DNA of 64,000 nucleotides, taken from Minisyncoccota bacterium. Lineage in GTDB: Bacteria; Patescibacteriota; Minisyncoccia; Phycocordibacterales; UBA9973. The stretch is from NCBI GenBank assembly GCA_041663185.1, contig JBAZQY010000001.1:233087-297086 (forward strand), given 5' to 3'. Positions 48,446-56,965 of this stretch are shown here, piece after piece. Position numbers and translations under genes: made by a program. The notes below the pieces were generated by a model. That model saw only the letters and a program-made list of their open reading frames with translations. It did no database searches and was not told the origin of the DNA. Position 1 is the first letter of the stretch. The number at the start of each line of letters is the position of its first letter.

Positions 48446-49042
48446 ATGCTTGACCCAATTGTAATTATTAAAGCGGTTGGAATAATTGGAATAATTCTGA
48501 TTGTTTTCGCGGAGACGGGATTATTTTTTGGCTTTTTCTTTCCTGGAGATTCGCTTTTATTCACGGCAGGAATATTTGCCTCGCAAGGATATTTGAGTAT
48601 TGAAATTCTTTTGATTGGTTGTATCGTTGCTGCAATTTTAGGGGATAGTGTCGGTTATTGGTCAGGGAAAAAATACGGACGACAACTTTTTGATCGAGAT
48701 GCTGGATTTTTCTTTAAGAAAAAGCGTTTATATGATGCTGAAATTTTTTATGAAAAACACGGAAAATCAACGATAATAATTGCGCGATTTGTGCCGATAA
48801 TTCGAACTTTTGCCCCGATTGTAGCCGGAATTGGTAGAATGAAATATCCTGTTTTTATTTCATATAATATCTTTGGTGGAGTCTTTTGGGTCTCTAGTAT
48901 GTTACTCTTGGGTTATTTTTTAGGTGGCATAATTCCTAATCCTGATGTTTATATTATTCCAATCGCTTTTGTTATCATTGTGCTTTCTTTTTTACCAATA
49001 GTTATAAAAATGATTCGTTTCAAGTTAAATAAATTACCTTAA
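48446..49042 (+). CDS. DedA-family membrane protein
   Basis: VFAETGLFFGFFFPGDSLLF motif. Confidence 0.8.
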   Translation: MLDPIVIIKAVGIIGIILIVFAETGLFFGFFFPGDSLLFTAGIFASQGYLSIEILLIGCIVAAILGDSVGYWSGKKYGRQLFDRDAGFFFKKKRLYDAEIFYEKHGKSTIIIARFVPIIRTFAPIVAGIGRMKYPVFISYNIFGGVFWVSSMLLLGYFLGGIIPNPDVYIIPIAFVIIVLSFLPIVIKMIRFKLNKLP

Positions 49043-49084
49043 GCCCTTTTATATACTCTCGGAGTATCGTATAATGATATTGTA

Positions 49085-50704
49085 ATGAAAAGATTGTATA
49101 ATCATTATTTCCCCACACCATCATACTTGGCTATGAATTCTTTTGCGATTGATATTTCTGATCGATCGATAAAATACGGAGAACTCGTGATGACTACTTC
49201 TGGGTTACGACTCGGTAAATATGGAAAAGCCCAAATTCCAGAAGGAACAGTTGTCTCTGGTAAAATTGAAAAAGAGAATGAACTAGTTGGGGTGTTAAAG
49301 CAAATTAAAGAGAAAGAAAAAATTCACTTCATTCGAGTGTCTTTATCTGAAGAGCAGATGTACCTATTCACCTTGTCTGTTCCAGCATCGAGTAATGAAA
49401 ATCTTCGCGATATGATACTTCTGCAAATAGAAGAGTACGTGCCACTGAAGGCTCCTGACGTGGTTTTTGATTTTGATATTATTAAAGAAGATGACAAGAA
49501 TACTTTAATAGAAGTAGTTGCGATTGCTAATACGACACTCGAAAGTTACTTGTCAGTTTTTGAAAAAGCCGGACTTGTCCCACTCTCTTTTGAAATTGAT
49601 GCGCAGGCGACAGCCAGAGCCATTATTCCAAATGGAGACGATAGTCCGATTATGATTGTTGATTTTGGAGATTTTCGAACCGGTATTTCTGTTTCAAGTG
49701 GGGGGAGAATATTTTTGACCACAACTCTTTCCCTCGGGGGGATAGATTTAACAAATATGATTGCTAAAAATTTCTCTTTATCATTTCCTGAAGCTGAAAA
49801 AATGAAACAAGAGTATGGATTGAATAAAGTCTCTAAGGCCGGAGATATTTTCCCTGCAATTTTAAATGGGATTTCAGTCCTGAAAGATGAAATAAATAAA
49901 CAGTATCAATATTGGGAAACACACTATAGTAACAATAAGGGGCACGAGCCGATCAAACGGATAATTCTTTGTGGGGGAGATGCGAATTTGGCTGGGTTGT
50001 CTGAATATTTGGAATTGAGCATGAAAATGAAAATAGAAAATGCGAATGTCTGGGTCAATATTTTGAATACAGAAAATTCAGTGCCGGAAATGTCTTTTGA
50101 AGAATCACTTGGTTATGCGACAGTTTTTGGATTAGCCCTAGGAGGTTTCTCAAACATTTCACAGCCAGTTATAAATATTTTGCCCGATAAAGAGAAAAAA
50201 TCTTTACGTAGAGAATATCGTACAAGATTTTCCACAATGATTTTGCACTTGATTGCTATCACCGGAGTAGTTTCAATTCTTTTGCTTTTCCCATCGTATT
50301 TCATCTCAAGATTTGAAGAGAATCTGGTTGAAAAAGAACTTGAAGCTTTCAATATAAAGAATCCCGATCTTTCAAATGGCAGTATGGATAAATTAATCGG
50401 GGATATTAATCTGAAATTAGAGTTGTTAAATAAAGCCGGAAGTTCTTATCAGGTTAACGACAAGGTTTTGGAAAATATTTTGGCTAGCCGTACTTCAGGG
50501 ATAACTTTTTCACAGATACTTTTTAATAAAAAGATTACCGATTCTATTTTAGTCATTCATGGAACAGCAACCAATCGAGATTCTTTACGCAACTTCAAAA
50601 CAATCCTAGATAGTAACCCAAATTTCTCAAAAGTCGATTTACCAGTTTCGAATTTTCTTGAAAAAAATAATTTACCATTTACTATTTCTATAACCATTAA
50701 GTAA
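49085..50704 (+). CDS. pilMN: type IV pilus assembly PilM (actin-like) fused to PilN-like TM/periplasmic region
   Basis: FAIDISDRSIKYGEL start of the actin-like fold; TM ILHLIAITGVVSILLLF at about residue 390 followed by a periplasmic segment. Confidence 0.6.
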   Translation: MKRLYNHYFPTPSYLAMNSFAIDISDRSIKYGELVMTTSGLRLGKYGKAQIPEGTVVSGKIEKENELVGVLKQIKEKEKIHFIRVSLSEEQMYLFTLSVPASSNENLRDMILLQIEEYVPLKAPDVVFDFDIIKEDDKNTLIEVVAIANTTLESYLSVFEKAGLVPLSFEIDAQATARAIIPNGDDSPIMIVDFGDFRTGISVSSGGRIFLTTTLSLGGIDLTNMIAKNFSLSFPEAEKMKQEYGLNKVSKAGDIFPAILNGISVLKDEINKQYQYWETHYSNNKGHEPIKRIILCGGDANLAGLSEYLELSMKMKIENANVWVNILNTENSVPEMSFEESLGYATVFGLALGGFSNISQPVINILPDKEKKSLRREYRTRFSTMILHLIAITGVVSILLLFPSYFISRFEENLVEKELEAFNIKNPDLSNGSMDKLIGDINLKLELLNKAGSSYQVNDKVLENILASRTSGITFSQILFNKKITDSILVIHGTATNRDSLRNFKTILDSNPNFSKVDLPVSNFLEKNNLPFTISITIK

Positions 50705-50706
50705 AT

Positions 50707-51264
50707 ATGAAAAAGAGAAATTCCATTTTAATACTGATTCTTTCTTTAATCACAACCCTATTGGTTCTGGGGGCCCTTGGTTTTTTCTTGAGAATTATTA
50801 AAAATAAAAATCAACATATATCTGTTTCCATTGCAACACTCGAAAAAAAATTGAAAGATAAGGAAGAAATAGTAACATTTGCTGAAAAGTTATCAGAAAT
50901 CGAATCGATCCGAGATACTATTAGTAGTCGTTTTATTGATCCGAATAAGATAGATACATTTGTAAATTATTTAGAAGATCTTGATTCGGATATTGGCTCA
51001 GATATTGCAGTGAAGAATATTGAAATATCACCCAAGGTTAAAAATTCAATTGCCTTTAAGATTTTAATTACTGGAACTTTCCAAGAGGTTATGGAGACAA
51101 TCTCACTACTAGAGAATATTCCTTATGAAGTCGATGTTACTCAGGTTTATTTAAATAAAGATCTAGCCCAAGTAATTGATACTCAAGATGAGAAACAGAC
51201 TCCTGTAATTAAAGTTTCAACTTGGCAAGCGGATATCGCTTTTAATATTTTGAGCTCCAATTAA
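50707..51264 (+). CDS. PilO-like pilus assembly protein
   Basis: N-terminal TM + coiled-coil; position after pilMN. Confidence 0.4.
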   Translation: MKKRNSILILILSLITTLLVLGALGFFLRIIKNKNQHISVSIATLEKKLKDKEEIVTFAEKLSEIESIRDTISSRFIDPNKIDTFVNYLEDLDSDIGSDIAVKNIEISPKVKNSIAFKILITGTFQEVMETISLLENIPYEVDVTQVYLNKDLAQVIDTQDEKQTPVIKVSTWQADIAFNILSSN

Positions 51265-51269
51265 TTTTT

Positions 51270-51590
51270 ATGAAAATATCTTTTAAAAAAACTGAAAATC
51301 AAATAAAAAAATTATTCTCTCCTAAAAAATCAAACCCGCATACTGATTGGCGGATTCTGCTTGATATATTCTTTCTTGTTGTCGTAGTTTTGATTTTATT
51401 TAGTTTCTATTTACTATACACCATTAAAAATCAACAAGTATTTCAGATTGAACCTAAATCAGACGAAACACCAACGATGATTAATGAAAAACTTTTAGAA
51501 AAAATAAACAATTCATTTGAACAGAAATCAATCAAAGCCAGAGAAATAAAAGATGGATCAAAATCATATAAAGATCCAAGTATAAATTAA
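51270..51590 (+). CDS. small single-TM protein (possible pilus assembly accessory)
   Basis: 106-aa ORF with a TM helix; operon position. Confidence 0.3.
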   Translation: MKISFKKTENQIKKLFSPKKSNPHTDWRILLDIFFLVVVVLILFSFYLLYTIKNQQVFQIEPKSDETPTMINEKLLEKINNSFEQKSIKAREIKDGSKSYKDPSIN

Positions 51591-51637
51591 ATCTTGAAAT
51601 TAACTTTAAATATGGTAGTATAAACGACAGGTTAATT

Positions 51638-51710
51638 GCGCGATTAGCTCAGTTGGTAGAGCAACCCGTTTACACCGGGAAGGTCGGGGGTTCGAGTCCC
51701 TCATCGCGCA
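51638..51710 (+). tRNA. tRNA-Val (anticodon UAC)
   Basis: acceptor GCGCGAT/ATCGCGC, D-arm GCTCAGTTGGTAGAGC, anticodon loop TTTACAC, T-arm GGGGGTTCGAGTCCCTC. Confidence 0.85.
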
Positions 51711-51817
51711 CAGCGATAAATACAAAGCAAATTTATTTGCTTTGTATGAGGGCGAGAAAGCCGGAGCGCGTCGGCGTGAGGCAGGGTCGTGCGAATTTTC
51801 AGTAGAAAATTACGCCT

Positions 51818-51840
51818 GACCGAGTCCCTCATCGCGCACA
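51818..51840 (+). repeat. 21-bp direct repeat of the tRNA-Val 3' end
   Basis: cgagtccctcatcgcgcacag identical to 51690-51713. Confidence 0.8.
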
Positions 51841-51848
51841 GTTATTTT

Positions 51849-51920
51849 GCCCTCGTAGTTAAATGGATATAACTGCGGACTTCTAAGCCGCTATTGTAGG
51901 TTCGATTCCTGCCGAGGGCA
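51849..51920 (+). tRNA. tRNA-Arg (anticodon UCU)
   Basis: acceptor GCCCTCG/CGAGGGC, D-arm GTTAAATGGATATAAC, anticodon loop CTTCTAA, T-arm GTAGGTTCGATTCCTGC. Confidence 0.8.
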
Positions 51921-52067
51921 CAAAAGAGTGAATTTAAAAAATAATAACTGCTTATTATTTTTTCTCTTTTGTGAGACAGAGCGATGTTTTGCTAGTAGGC
52001 AAAACCGCGAGTCGGGGTCGCGACCGAGATGAGTGGCGACGAGCCGAGAGTTGTGGCCAATTAATTT

Positions 52068-52856
52068 ATGAAAATAAAAATTTTATACGAAGATAAAAAT
52101 ATTTTAGTTATCGATAAACCAGCGGGTATTTCAGTGCATGGAGATGGTAAAACCAAAGAAGAAACAATTTCTGATTGGGTGCTTTCAAATTACCCATCAA
52201 TAAAAAATGTCGGAGAGCCAATTAAATTAAAAATTAAGAATGAGGAATTAAGAATTAATCGGCCGGGAATTGTCCACCGCTTAGATAAAGAAACTTCGGG
52301 AATTTTGATTATTGCTAAAAATCAAAAAACTTTTCTTTTTTTGAAGGAGCAATTTATGAACCATAAAGTTAAAAAAGTTTACCGAGCATTTGTTTATGGT
52401 TATGTTTCTGATCCCAAGGCTTCACTTCTTACCGGTGGAAGGGGAGTAATAAATGTTCCAATAGGTCGCTCATCAAAAGATATCAGGGCATATACTGCTG
52501 GGCGTGGAGCGAGAGCCCCACTTCGTGAGGCTGTGACAGAATATATTATTTTAAATAAGTTTACTGATTCGAGCGATGAAAATGAAAAGAAAAAAATTGA
52601 ACATCAGTATTCTTATATTGAAGCATATCCAAAAACTGGGCGAACTCATCAGATTAGAGTTCATATGCGTTATATTAATCACCCAGTAGTTTCTGACCCG
52701 ATTTATCGTGGAATAAAAGAGAAATCTTTAGGCATGAAGCGCCTCGCGCTTCATGCCTATTCGGCAACTTTTACTCTTCCAAATGGAAAAGTGAAAACTG
52801 TAGAATCTCCACTTCCGGCTGATTTCAAAAAGGTGTTAAAAACATTTTTGAATTAG
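52068..52856 (+). CDS. RluA-family pseudouridine synthase
   Basis: catalytic HRLDKETSGILIIAKN. Confidence 0.85.
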   Translation: MKIKILYEDKNILVIDKPAGISVHGDGKTKEETISDWVLSNYPSIKNVGEPIKLKIKNEELRINRPGIVHRLDKETSGILIIAKNQKTFLFLKEQFMNHKVKKVYRAFVYGYVSDPKASLLTGGRGVINVPIGRSSKDIRAYTAGRGARAPLREAVTEYIILNKFTDSSDENEKKKIEHQYSYIEAYPKTGRTHQIRVHMRYINHPVVSDPIYRGIKEKSLGMKRLALHAYSATFTLPNGKVKTVESPLPADFKKVLKTFLN

Positions 52857-52927
52857 GTTCTAGTGGCTAGTTTCTAGGTTCTAGCAAAATGCTAATGAAT
52901 TCATATACAGGAACAATTTTTTTCATA

Positions 52928-52957
52928 TTGACAAAATAGGGTTGTTTGTGATATAAT
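52928..52957 (+). promoter_or_regulatory. sigma70-like promoter of the DGR target gene
   Basis: ttgaca - 18 nt - tataat. Confidence 0.5.
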
Positions 52958-53026
52958 ACAAGAAGGTAAAGAGTCTGCCTTAAAAATGGCTCAAATATTT
53001 AATTTTGTACTTTTAAAAAATTTAAA

Positions 53027-53665
53027 ATGAGAACAAAAACTCTCGAGCAGAACACGGCGCAAGATTTCGCTGGACTGCAAATCGACCAGTTGAGCAAATT
53101 GCGCAACGGTAACATCACCTTTGAACAGGTGAAATGGTTTAACAACCTTACATTCGAGCAACGCGAAGCGTTGATGGGCAAGCAACCCGAAATGGTGCTT
53201 TTCCTGAAACTGCTTTCCGGAGCTGAAACGCTGATGCTTGATGCCCTCGATGGCACAGAGACATTGGCAACCGCTAAGGAAGTTTTTCCATCGGGTATTG
53301 ATGGCGACTTCAAAAACTGGGGCACCAACAAGTCCAGTATCGCTACCAAAGAACAGGCGGTAGAGGTACACGAACTAGTAAAGGATGGAACCTTTGCACA
53401 GATGTTTGGTTCTCTCGGGACCGATCTGGATAAGTGGTGTTTAACACAAGCCCAGATAAAGAACTTTTGTAAAAAATATCCCAACTGGTTACGCAAAGAC
53501 GGATATGTGACTTTCTTCCTATTTAAGGTTGAAGATCACTTCTTCGTTGCTCGCGTGCGCGTGCGCTCTGGTGGCTTGGGCGTCGACGTCGGCGGGTTCG
53601 GGGGCGGCGTCGTGTGGGGTTCTGACGTCCTTCCTCGTGTGGTAGTCCCGCAACAGGTTGCTTAG
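53027..53665 (+). CDS. DGR variable (target) protein; VR encoded at the C-terminus
   Basis: 212 aa; about 50% GC against about 33% in the flanks; last 39 codons form the VR. Confidence 0.8.
   Translation: MRTKTLEQNTAQDFAGLQIDQLSKLRNGNITFEQVKWFNNLTFEQREALMGKQPEMVLFLKLLSGAETLMLDALDGTETLATAKEVFPSGIDGDFKNWGTNKSSIATKEQAVEVHELVKDGTFAQMFGSLGTDLDKWCLTQAQIKNFCKKYPNWLRKDGYVTFFLFKVEDHFFVARVRVRSGGLGVDVGGFGGGVVWGSDVLPRVVVPQQVA
53536..53654 (+). repeat. DGR variable repeat (VR)
   Basis: 119 bp aligned to TR; 21 mismatches, all at TR adenines. Confidence 0.85.
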
Positions 53666-53687
53666 ACACTTAAATAATTTGATTCTT

Positions 53688-53721
53688 AATCCCTTTGATA
53701 CTTTGTCAGAGGGATTTTTTT
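53688..53721 (+). terminator. hairpin + T-run after the target gene
   Basis: aatccctttgatactttgtcagagggattttttt. Confidence 0.5.
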
Positions 53722-53963
53722 ATGTATAATTAAAATACAAGCGTGCGATACTTCATGGTTACGGCTACGAAGTCACTTTTGTGGAAAACCATTATTGAGA
53801 ATTTTGTTGGTTACGGCTTACAAAAGAGTGGTAATGTTTTTTCAAATTAAAAAATAATTTAGTTGGTGTAGTTTGCTTGTGAATTTTGATATTCCAAATG
53901 ATATACAGCACGATTCCTAATGGAAACATGTTTGAATCGGCAGTGAAATAGATGGCACACTAC

Positions 53964-54082
53964 ACAATTCTTCGTTGCTAACGTGAACGTGAACTCTGAT
54001 GGCTTGAACGTCAACGTCAACAGGTTCGAGAACGACAACGTGTGGAATTCTGACGTCCTTCCTCGTGTGGTAGTCCCGCAAC
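53964..54082 (+). repeat. DGR template repeat (TR), non-coding, rich in AAC triplets
   Basis: aacgtgaacgtgaac ... gagaacgacaac; identical 3' 40 nt (IMH-like) with the VR. Confidence 0.85.
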
Positions 54083-54100
54083 TAAATATTTCTCCCCTGA

Positions 54101-54442
54101 TTAATTCTTGGGAGTTTTTATTTCAAGTCCCTTTTTCCAACCACCTAACATTCGCCCAATTTCATCAAGTTGTGTTGACAGTGTAATGTATTTTTCGGTT
54201 GGTAAACATTTATTTTCCCAAGAAATCTGAAGGAAAAATTTTACTCCATCTAATTTTGAAATTGAGATAGTTAATCGATTGATTTTATTTTCTCCTGAAA
54301 GATATTGAGAAACAAAAATATTTTCCAAAAGTTCTAAAAAATATCCTTCAATTTTTTCTCCAATAGTGCGACGATACATCTTAGGGAAGTCAATAAAAAT
54401 CTTAAACCAGATAGAATAAGCACCTTTTGCTTTTATGAGCAC
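54101..54442 (-). CDS. avd: Avd-like accessory variability determinant (four-helix-bundle)
   Basis: 113 aa from a GTG start; C-terminal LDEIGRMLGGWKK matches the Avd/IVS family; lies between TR and RT on the opposite strand. Confidence 0.65.
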   Translation of the reverse strand: MLIKAKGAYSIWFKIFIDFPKMYRRTIGEKIEGYFLELLENIFVSQYLSGENKINRLTISISKLDGVKFFLQISWENKCLPTEKYITLSTQLDEIGRMLGGWKKGLEIKTPKN

Positions 54443-54453
54443 CTGAGGTGCTC

Positions 54454-54463
54454 GGGGGGGGGG
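54454..54463. repeat. G10 homopolymer tract (C10 on the avd strand) next to the 17-bp hairpin gagcacctgaggtgctc
   Basis: ten consecutive G at 54454-54463 in the avd/RT divergent spacer. Confidence 0.9.
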
Positions 54464-54493
54464 TAATTAATGAATTCATATAATTAAAATAAA

Positions 54494-55513
54494 ATGAAAA
54501 AATTTGATAATAAATATAATGATATCATATCTATAGAAAACTTACTTTTAGCTTGGCAGGAATTTCTAAAAGGCAAAAGAAAAAAGAAAGATGTTTGTGA
54601 ATTTCAATTAAAACTTATGGACAATATTTTTGACTTACATAATGATTTAAAAAACAAAACATACAAACACGGTGAATATATTGCTTTTAAAATTAATGAC
54701 CCCAAACCAAGAGATATTCATAAAGCAAGTGTCAGAGATAGATTACTTCATCATGCTATATACAGAATACTTTATCCATATTTTGATCAAAAATTCATTT
54801 ATGACTCGTATTCTTGTAGATTGGGTAAGGGGACTCATAAAGCCATAAACAGATTCAGAGATTTTTCTCGAATTGTCTCAAAAAACAGTACAAGGTCTTG
54901 CCTTGTACTAAAATGCGACATCAGAAAGTTCTTTGCTAGTATTAATCACCAAGTATTGAAAAACATTTTAGTAAAATACATGGATGATAAAGATACTCTT
55001 TGGCTTATTAACCAAATTGTAGACAGTTTTCAAACCACTTACAACTTTACCAAACTAACGCTATCGCGTTCCTTTGGTAAAGGACTTCCTTTGGGCAACT
55101 TAACTAGTCAACTGCTTGTGAATATTTATATGAATGAATTTGACCAATTTGTAAAAAACAAACTAAAGATAAAATACTATATCCGCTACGCGGATGATTT
55201 TGTCATTTTGCAAAATGACAAAATGAAACTTCTTGATAATTTAGATCGAATGAAAGAATTTTTAAGTAATGAATTAAAATTAAATATGCATCCAGATAAA
55301 ATATTTATTAAAACACTTTATTCTGGTATTGATTTCTTGGGATGGGTAAGTTTCCCAAACCATAGAGTTTTAAGAACATCAACCAAAAAGAGGATGTTTA
55401 GAAATTTGGAGAAGTGTAATTATAAAAAAGAAAGTGTAAATTCTTATTTGGGGATGTTGTCGCATGGAGATGGGTATAAGCTAGAAAATTTGATAAAAAT
55501 TTGCTTAAAATAG
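54494..55513 (+). CDS. DGR-type reverse transcriptase
   Basis: RT motifs [30 protein letters not shown] (DGR-style LGxxxSQ), RYADDFVIL (YADD). Confidence 0.9.
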   Translation: MKKFDNKYNDIISIENLLLAWQEFLKGKRKKKDVCEFQLKLMDNIFDLHNDLKNKTYKHGEYIAFKINDPKPRDIHKASVRDRLLHHAIYRILYPYFDQKFIYDSYSCRLGKGTHKAINRFRDFSRIVSKNSTRSCLVLKCDIRKFFASINHQVLKNILVKYMDDKDTLWLINQIVDSFQTTYNFTKLTLSRSFGKGLPLGNLTSQLLVNIYMNEFDQFVKNKLKIKYYIRYADDFVILQNDKMKLLDNLDRMKEFLSNELKLNMHPDKIFIKTLYSGIDFLGWVSFPNHRVLRTSTKKRMFRNLEKCNYKKESVNSYLGMLSHGDGYKLENLIKICLK

Positions 55514-55536
55514 CTATATATGATAAAGTAAAACCC

Positions 55537-55935
55537 ATGGAAATAACGAAAAAACAATTTACTCCAGTAGCTCAAGAGGATCGTAAAAAGCTTAATTTTA
55601 AGGCTGGGGATACGGTGCGTGTTTGGAGTAAGATTTTAGAAAAAGGAAAAACTCGTTTACAGGCTTTCGAAGGGCTTGTTCTTTCTCGTAAACATGGGAC
55701 AGAGTCAGGAGCAACATTTACAATTAGAAAAGTGGCCTCAGGTGTGGGGGTTGAGCGTATTTTCCCATTATATTCTCCCAACATTGATAAAATTGAAGTT
55801 ATTAGAAAATCAAAAACTCGCCGAAGTAAGCTCTATTACATCAGAACAAAAGCAGTTAAGGAAGTTAAAAAGAGATTAAAGAGTGTGACTCTTTCAAAAG
55901 AAGAACAAGAGGGAGTTGTAAAAACAGAAGAATAA
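55537..55935 (+). CDS. rplS: 50S ribosomal protein L19
   Basis: [10 protein letters not shown] ... [21 protein letters not shown]; start placed at the Met after the RT stop. Confidence 0.85.
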   Translation: MEITKKQFTPVAQEDRKKLNFKAGDTVRVWSKILEKGKTRLQAFEGLVLSRKHGTESGATFTIRKVASGVGVERIFPLYSPNIDKIEVIRKSKTRRSKLYYIRTKAVKEVKKRLKSVTLSKEEQEGVVKTEE

Positions 55936-55945
55936 GAAATTATAA

Positions 55946-55989
55946 TAAAAAATCCACCCAAAAGAATAGACTCAGGGTGGATTTTTTTA
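55946..55989 (+). terminator. terminator
   Basis: aaaaaatccaccc ... gggtggattttttt. Confidence 0.75.
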
Positions 55990-55997
55990 TATTAATC

Positions 55998-56025
55998 AAT
56001 TGGTAGACGCTACATCCTTGAGGTG
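55998..56025 (+). pseudogene. truncated tRNA-Leu-like fragment (D-loop to anticodon loop)
   Basis: aattggtagacgctacatccttgaggtg aligns to tRNA-Leu positions about 14-41. Confidence 0.45.
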
Positions 56026-56038
56026 ATATAATATAGAC

Positions 56039-56722
56039 ATGAGCAAGAGGGGACCACAACCAAAAAGGATTATAAATGAAAAATGGAATGCAAACTTAGC
56101 TTATGCAATTGGTCTACTCGCTACTGATGGTTGTCTGGCTAATGATGGGCTGTTAATTGATTTAACCTCAAAAGATAAAGAACAGCTATTAAATTTTTCT
56201 AAATGTGTTGGTGTAAATTTTAAGATAGGTAATAAGTGGAACTTAAAAGGAGATGAATGCCTAAGAATTCAATTTAAAAATAGAATTTTCTACGATTTTC
56301 TTTTGTCGATTGGGCTAACTTCTAAAAAATCATTAACTATGGGGAAATTAAAAGTGCCAGATAAATATTTTTTTGATTTTTTACGAGGGTGTTTTGATGG
56401 AGATGGTTGTTTTTATTCTTATTGGGATCCTAGATGGCGTTCGAGCCATATGTTTTATATTGAATTTGTTTCTGCCAGCAAAGAGCATATTGATTGGTTG
56501 CAACAAGAATTAAAAAATAACATTAAAGTAAATGGACATATCACTGTCGCTTTTAAAAAGAATAAATATTATCAACTAAAATATGCAAAAAAGGAAGCGA
56601 TGGAAATAATAAAGAAAATGTATTATAATCCCAATGTTGTTTGTTTATCTAGAAAAAAGATTAAAATCCAAAAAGCCCTAGAGATAGAGAAGAGACAACA
56701 GAAAAAATATTTAACAAAATAA
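56039..56722 (+). CDS. LAGLIDADG homing endonuclease (two-motif, monomeric type)
   Basis: AYAIGLLATDGCL and FLRGCFDGDGCF. Confidence 0.85.
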   Translation: MSKRGPQPKRIINEKWNANLAYAIGLLATDGCLANDGLLIDLTSKDKEQLLNFSKCVGVNFKIGNKWNLKGDECLRIQFKNRIFYDFLLSIGLTSKKSLTMGKLKVPDKYFFDFLRGCFDGDGCFYSYWDPRWRSSHMFYIEFVSASKEHIDWLQQELKNNIKVNGHITVAFKKNKYYQLKYAKKEAMEIIKKMYYNPNVVCLSRKKIKIQKALEIEKRQQKKYLTK

Positions 56723-56723
56723 T

Positions 56724-56809
56724 GCGCGGGTGGCGAAATCTGGTCAGACGCACTACCTTGAGGTGGTAGCGGGAGCAATCCTATGGAGGTTCGAATCCTC
56801 TCTCGCGCA
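56724..56809 (+). tRNA. tRNA-Leu (anticodon GAG), type II
   Basis: acceptor GCGCGGG/CTCGCGC, anticodon stem CTACC/GGTAG with loop TTGAGGT, long variable arm, T-arm GGAGGTTCGAATCCTCT; starts 2 nt after the HE stop. Confidence 0.8.
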
Positions 56810-56965
56810 CAAATAAAGTTTGCAATTTGTATAATTAGTGGTAATGTGAAGAAAATACCTCACATATAGTCATAGTCAAAAGTCATTAATTATTTGATGT
56901 TTTTTGACTATGACTGCTGTGGTGGTGGTCCTCTAGTACATTTAAATAATTAAATATTTAAAATT

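Noticed and set aside
52991-53496. Two overlapping minus-strand ORFs (126 and 165 aa) antisense to the DGR target gene
   Set aside because: They lie entirely within the better-supported plus-strand target CDS, and the high local GC inflates random ORF length.
53983-54186. 67-aa ORF overlapping the DGR template repeat
   Set aside because: Its sequence is just the translated TR (NVNVN ... from AAC triplets) and it runs into the avd gene on the other strand. The TR is expected to be non-coding.
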